A stretch of 64,000 nucleotides of DNA from Octopus vulgaris (Eukaryota), in contig OX597817.1 in the NCBI GenBank assembly GCA_951406725.2, positions 57,226,001 through 57,290,000 on the forward strand. Reading direction: 5' to 3'. Made by a program: the position numbers and the translations under genes. Numbering within the stretch: the first letter of the stretch is position 1; the number at the start of each line of letters is the position of its first letter. Shown here in pieces: positions 58,887-64,000 of the stretch. The notes under the pieces were generated by a model. It ran no database searches. It worked only from the letters and a program-made list of their open reading frames with translations, and had not been told where the DNA came from.

Positions 58887-59508
58887 TACAAAAAATACTT
58901 ATTAACTAATACTTAAGAAAAAATTTAAAAGCTAAAAAGGAAAAATGCAAAAAGAAAATTGTAAAGTTGAAAATGTCAGTGCCTGCTTCTGCGATTCCTT
59001 ATCCATTCCTAGATTATCTGACAAGATATGTCCACAAACCAAACATTAGCAGAGATAATTTGAAATTTGAGTGGATGGCCTCCTAAATTCTACAACCTGG
59101 TGTAACTGTAGCCGTAACAAAAGCAGGGGATAAGTAACGAGTGAAGGGGGCTGTTGTTTGTGTATCAACTCCATGTGTAGGTTGGACCCAGTTCTAAAGA
59201 ACCCCACCCATCTCAATAGTCACAGACTAGTGGGTGTGTGGATGGTTTGGCGCATTAGGGGTAAGAGATAAGGGTGGAGAAAGGTGGAATAACTGAAACG
59301 ATATGTAATCTAACCGATGAAATTGTTGAAGAAGGAACAGTAAAAGTAAACGTTTAAAGGGTCCCTTGATGGGAACTAAATGACATTACATAAGCTGAAC
59401 CCAACAAAAAAAATTTCTTTGGCAGCACTTATCAATGGAATATGTCCGTTCAGTTGTTTACAATCAGAACCATGTGTTTACACCCATACACACACACACA
59501 GAAGCACA

Positions 59509-59548
<40 letters not shown>

Positions 59549-60705
59549 ACATGCACACACACACATAAACGTACATATACACACAGTTGGGGGTGGAAAA
59601 TAGCTGTGGTGGAGGTAGACTTGGTAATTACTAATGGCAGTAGCAGGGATTACGGTGGTGGTGGTGGTGGTGGTGGTTGTGATACTGGCAGTGGTGGAGG
59701 TGGTGGTATTGACGGTGGTGGAAACTAGATAGCAGTAGAAGTAGCCAGGTGATAAATTGGTTATTGTTGTTGTTCTTTTTATTTAACCCAAAACAAACTT
59801 TTATGAAGAAATCTATGGTCAAAGGCATTCCAACTGACCATCTCATCTTTTTAAGAAATATGGAACTATTAATACATTGTCTAATATGTTTTTATGTTTC
59901 TTATCTGAGATGACAAAGTGTAAGTCAAGACAGATTTGGTTGCTATTTCTAGCAGTAAGACCAATACAGTTGATGTCCAAACCCTCCACAATTCATGAGA
60001 TTAATGTGATTGATACTCATGCTTTCTATGACTGGTGAAACTGATGTGATTGATGCTTAGGTCCTCCAAGAAGACTGAGATTAATGTAGCTAATGTTTGT
60101 TGAGTCTCCATCGGTTAATATCTGGAATAAAAACATGAACAAGGGGGGAACTTGAGGTTTGCATTGAACAATGCCAATGGGACAAACTCTGTGAAAAGCA
60201 CCTGAGTATCAGGTGGTGTTGTTCTGCTTAGAACCAAGTTGTTCTTGAGGAAGAAGATTAATGAACATAGTCATTCTGTCATTGCATTCTGAGTTCAAAT
60301 TCCACCGAGGTCGACTTTGCCTTTCATCCTTTCGGGGTCAATAAATTAAGTACAAGTTACACACTGGGGTTGATGTAATCGACTTAATCCCTTTGTCTGT
60401 CCTTGTTTGTTCCCTGTGTTTAGCCCCTTATGGGCAATAAAGAAATAAGAAAGGTAACACCAATCTGTCCTGGTTCTAATGTAATCACAGCTTTACAGGC
60501 AGAACAAAACAAGGCTTACATGTCTTTTTGCCAAAGTTCATGTGGCCTCCATGTGTATGGCACACCATTGACATGAGTAAATAGAATGGAAAGATGTGTG
60601 TAGCTCTGTCTCCTGCCAGGCTTTATGTAAGATGGGCAGCATAGTGCCACAGCAGAATTCCAGCCACCTTTAGCAGTACTAAAGAAGTAAAAGCACTCTG
60701 TTATG

Positions 60706-60935
60706 AAGGTGGCGAGCTGGCAGAAACGTTAGCACGCCGGGCGAAATGCTCAGCGGTATTTCGTCTGCCGTTACGTTCTGAGTTCAAATTCCACTGAGGT
60801 CAACTTTGCCTTTCATCCTTTCAAGGTTGATAAATAAAGTACCAGTTACACACTGGGGTCGATCTAATCGACTTAATCCCTTTGTCTATCCTTGTTTGTC
60901 CCTTCTATGTTTAGCCCCTTGTGGGCAATAAAGAT
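60706..60935 (+). mobile_element. Full-length SINE family A copy
   Basis: A box (agctggcagaaacg), B box gagttcaaattcc, TSD aaaagcactctgttatg (60689-60705 / 60940-60956); a 5'-truncated sister copy lies at 60285-60450. Confidence 0.92.
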
Positions 60936-61429
60936 AAAAAAAAGCACTCTGTTATGTGATGCTATAGGGTTCAGTTGATTCAATAGGTTTGAAAAGGAAG
61001 GAATAAAATATGAGAAAATGCTGTGGGGGCAGCAGAGACCAGCCTGGAAATGAAAGGTGTGGCAGGGTAGAATATAAAGGCAGGACTGGAATGGACATGG
61101 GACAAATGGATGCTCCACAAGCAATGACAGAACAGACAAAATATTGTAACCAAACAAGTTTATCATTTTGAAGGGGAGGAGCATGCAACAATGGTCATAT
61201 GGTTAGGAAGCCAATGTGTACTGGCAGCTTGGGAGACAAGTGAATAAAAACATGCCATGGGAATAAAAAAAAATCAATGAGGTTGTATTTCTTGTTGAGA
61301 GCAGTGTGTGACGTTCTTCCATCTCGCCAAATATAAGACATTGGAGAATTTGTGACACTGCTGAATGTTAATAATGATGCAGAGCTTATACATCATTGTT
61401 CTGGCATCATATTATAATAATGAGCTTAT

Positions 61430-61990
61430 TGTGTATAGTGCTCCAGGTCTGCACTACGACCCATCAGGAAAAGTAACCAAAACTGCATGAGCAGTATCTA
61501 GAATATTCACAGGAAGTGAACAAGGAAGAAGTTTTAAAAACCAAACAAAAGAAGGACTGGTGTGGGTGGGGTGGGGGCATCAGGTGTACTGTTGGCAAAT
61601 TTCAGGAAGTGTGGAAGCTTTGAAGGATGCAGTGTCTTGACAGCTAACAACTGATGCAAGTAATTTATTCCATGCTTTAGCAATTCTGAGCAAGAAGAAA
61701 TGTTTCTGAAAGTCATGGGTGTTGTGTTGTTTTTTTGATTTTGGAAACATGTCCACATGTGTTTGACATATGGAATTCAAAAAGGTACCCAAAGTTGTTG
61801 GAAAGATAGTGGATAGTCCCGTGGGTGTCTACCAAGTCAGTTGCCAGGCATCAAAGCTGGCAGTATGTAAGCCATCCCTTAAGGAGTATGTCAGACAGCA
61901 TAACCAAATCCTGGGTATCCTTGCAGATGCACTAAAACAATGATGCAGCAGCTGACAAGTGGGTGCACTGCAATGATGAACTCCAACTAA
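61430..61990 (-). mobile_element. CR1/L2-group LINE 3' fragment
   Basis: Minus translation HDFQKHFFLLRIAKAWNKLLASVVSCQDTASFK matches the CR1-type ORF2 C-terminal motif RK.FF..R....WN.LP..VV......FK; (TAT)n-like tail near 61415. Confidence 0.8.
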
Positions 61991-62538
61991 GGCAAAAAGC
62001 ACATCATTCTTATGAGCTGCTGTTGCAATGAAATGAAATATCTGTATTTCATTTGTTTCATGAAACAGACTGTGACCATGCTGGAGCACCAGCTTGAGGA
62101 ATTCTTAGCCTAACGTATCAACCCCAGAACTTTAAGCCTGGTACTTATTCTGTTGGTTTTGCCAAACTATTTAGTAACGGGGATGTAAACACCAACACCA
62201 GTTGCCAAGCAGTGGCAGGGGACAAGCACAGATACAAAGATATATATATATATATACTTTATTTAAAAGCAGCAGAAATATAACAAAAGCTGTTACTCAA
62301 AGTTTCTCATTCCCGTTCATTGAACAATCTTGTTAAAATAGAACAGCATATATATATAAATTCATATGATAGTCTTCTTTCAATTTCCATTTACCAAATC
62401 CTCTCACGAGGCTTCGATCGACCTGAGGCTATAATAGAAGACACTTGCCCAAGGTGTCACACAGTGGAACTGAACCCGGAACCATATGATTCGGAAGCAA
62501 ACTTTTTACCACAGAGCCAGACCTGCGTTCAACTCTAA

Positions 62539-62776
62539 TATTGGGTTGGTGCATAATTATTGCGGCTTTTTTTCAACAAATTTTATTCAACAAAAACAAT
62601 AACGATATTTAACAAAAACATCTTTAAATGACAGTCTGACTGTCTGTCAAGCAAATGGGAAGCAGTAATTGAAGTAGATGGTGAATATGCTCCGGAATAA
62701 TCGTTTAAAGATGTTTTTGTTACATGTTGTTATTGTTTTTGTTGAATAAAATCTGTTGAGAAAAGCCACAATAATT
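62539..62776 (+). mobile_element. mariner-derived foldback MITE
   Basis: TA + TTGGGTTGGTGCATAATTATTGCGG mariner-type TIR; ~75-bp inverted arms; centre encodes DCLSSKWEAVIEVDGEYAPE*, a mariner transposase C-terminus. Confidence 0.8.
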
Positions 62777-63091
62777 GCGTTTTTCACACGTCTTGAAAAG
62801 ATTTTTCTCTCAGACAAAAACCACAGCATCATGCCTTTCAGAGGTGTATATACATTTAGTATGATACACAAATGTCATTTCAACTATATTCACTAAGTTT
62901 TATTCTCACACAAACATACATATATTAGCATCAATAGAGTTTTTTTCTTTTTTCTGTTTTATATTGCGTATAGCTGCCTTTATTATTTTATAATTTTCAC
63001 ATTAGCATTTTGCTAAATCAACCATAAATTTTTATGGTAAAAATATATGCTGTCAGTTTAAGTTTAGCCAAACCATTCAGTAATGTAGTAG

Positions 63092-63143
63092 TCACTACTG
63101 ATGAGCTTGTAATTTTTCAGGCAAAACTAGTCTCACCTAGTGA
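63092..63143 (+). ncRNA. Minimal type I hammerhead motif (G12>A, probably inactive)
   Basis: TCACTA-CTGATGA-GCTTG-taattttt-CAGGC-aAAA-CTA-GTC-tcacc-TAGTGA; palindromic stem III ACTAGT and GUC site. Confidence 0.7.
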
Positions 63144-63799
63144 TCTAGCTTTGGTTATGGAGCAGTTATCTCCCCTGCCAGTATACGAAAATGTGCTTTC
63201 TAGCAGCTATAAAATATTTTAACTCTTATTCCTAGCAATATAGGTATATAGGTGCTACCCTGAACCCTCAGTCAGAATTAGTGACACATGAATTTTTCCT
63301 TTTTGGTTTTATATAGCATATAGCTGCCTTCATCATTATATATATATATATATACATATTATTTATATATATATTATATATATATCATTTATCATTATCA
63401 TTATTATATCAATGCATATATATATAGAGATATATAAATATATATATACATATGTGTGTACACACGCCCATATATGTATTCATACATATATATATATATA
63501 CCTTACCCTTGGGGAGTAAGCTTAAGTCTACACCACTGTTCTCCTATCTCCACACTTGTATTATCATTTCTATCTTCAAAGAATTTTTCTGCTCAAATCT
63601 AAAGGGACAGTGCCAGAATAGCACATGGTGCCGGTGGTGCCGTAGATAAATATTTATATACAATATGTTGATAACAAAAGATATTCAGAGGTGGGGGTTG
63701 GTGATTGGGGTGGGGGAGTCCCTCAATCAGGTACCAACAGTACAACTGTCGCAACCAGTAACATCATTCTCCATGTATAGCAACAACAACACATGCCTT

Positions 63800-64000
63800 C
63801 ACTATGGCACACTACCACCACCACCAATAATACCAACACCATCGTCATCACCACCACCACCATCACCACCACCACCACCACCACTACCATGACCATCACG
63901 TCCACTGTCATCGCCATAAAACCAACACCACTACCATCACCACCACTGCCATCACCACCACAGCCATTATCACCACCACCACCACCAATACCAACACCAT
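63800..64000. repeat. (CAC/CAT)n degenerate microsatellite
   Basis: Direct inspection. Confidence 0.9.

Overview
AT-rich, microsatellite- and transposon-dense animal genomic DNA. The repeat families look like those of octopus/coleoid cephalopods; this is recalled similarity, not a search result. No long genuine ORF is present: all long ORFs in the track are artefacts of simple repeats. The window is best read as the 5' end and large intron(s) of a minus-strand gene. Its promoter-like region lies at about 52.6-53.7 kb, a convincing first coding exon lies at 52226-52140, and weaker candidate exons lie at about 45.0, 20.1 and 3.0 kb. The rest comprises several SINE families, RTE and CR1-type LINE fragments, a Helitron helicase remnant, hAT, piggyBac and mariner-type MITEs, and a 5.6-kb (TA/CA) microsatellite. 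The most notable signal is a set of hammerhead-ribozyme (HHR) motifs from different Penelope-like/retrozyme-like families. These include a TSD-flanked tRNA-headed element carrying an HHR (28833-29182), an HHR with intact core and a very long stem II on the gene's strand (42388-42494), and a 350-nt partially tandem unit containing an HHR (62938-63342). SINE and LINE boundaries are approximate.
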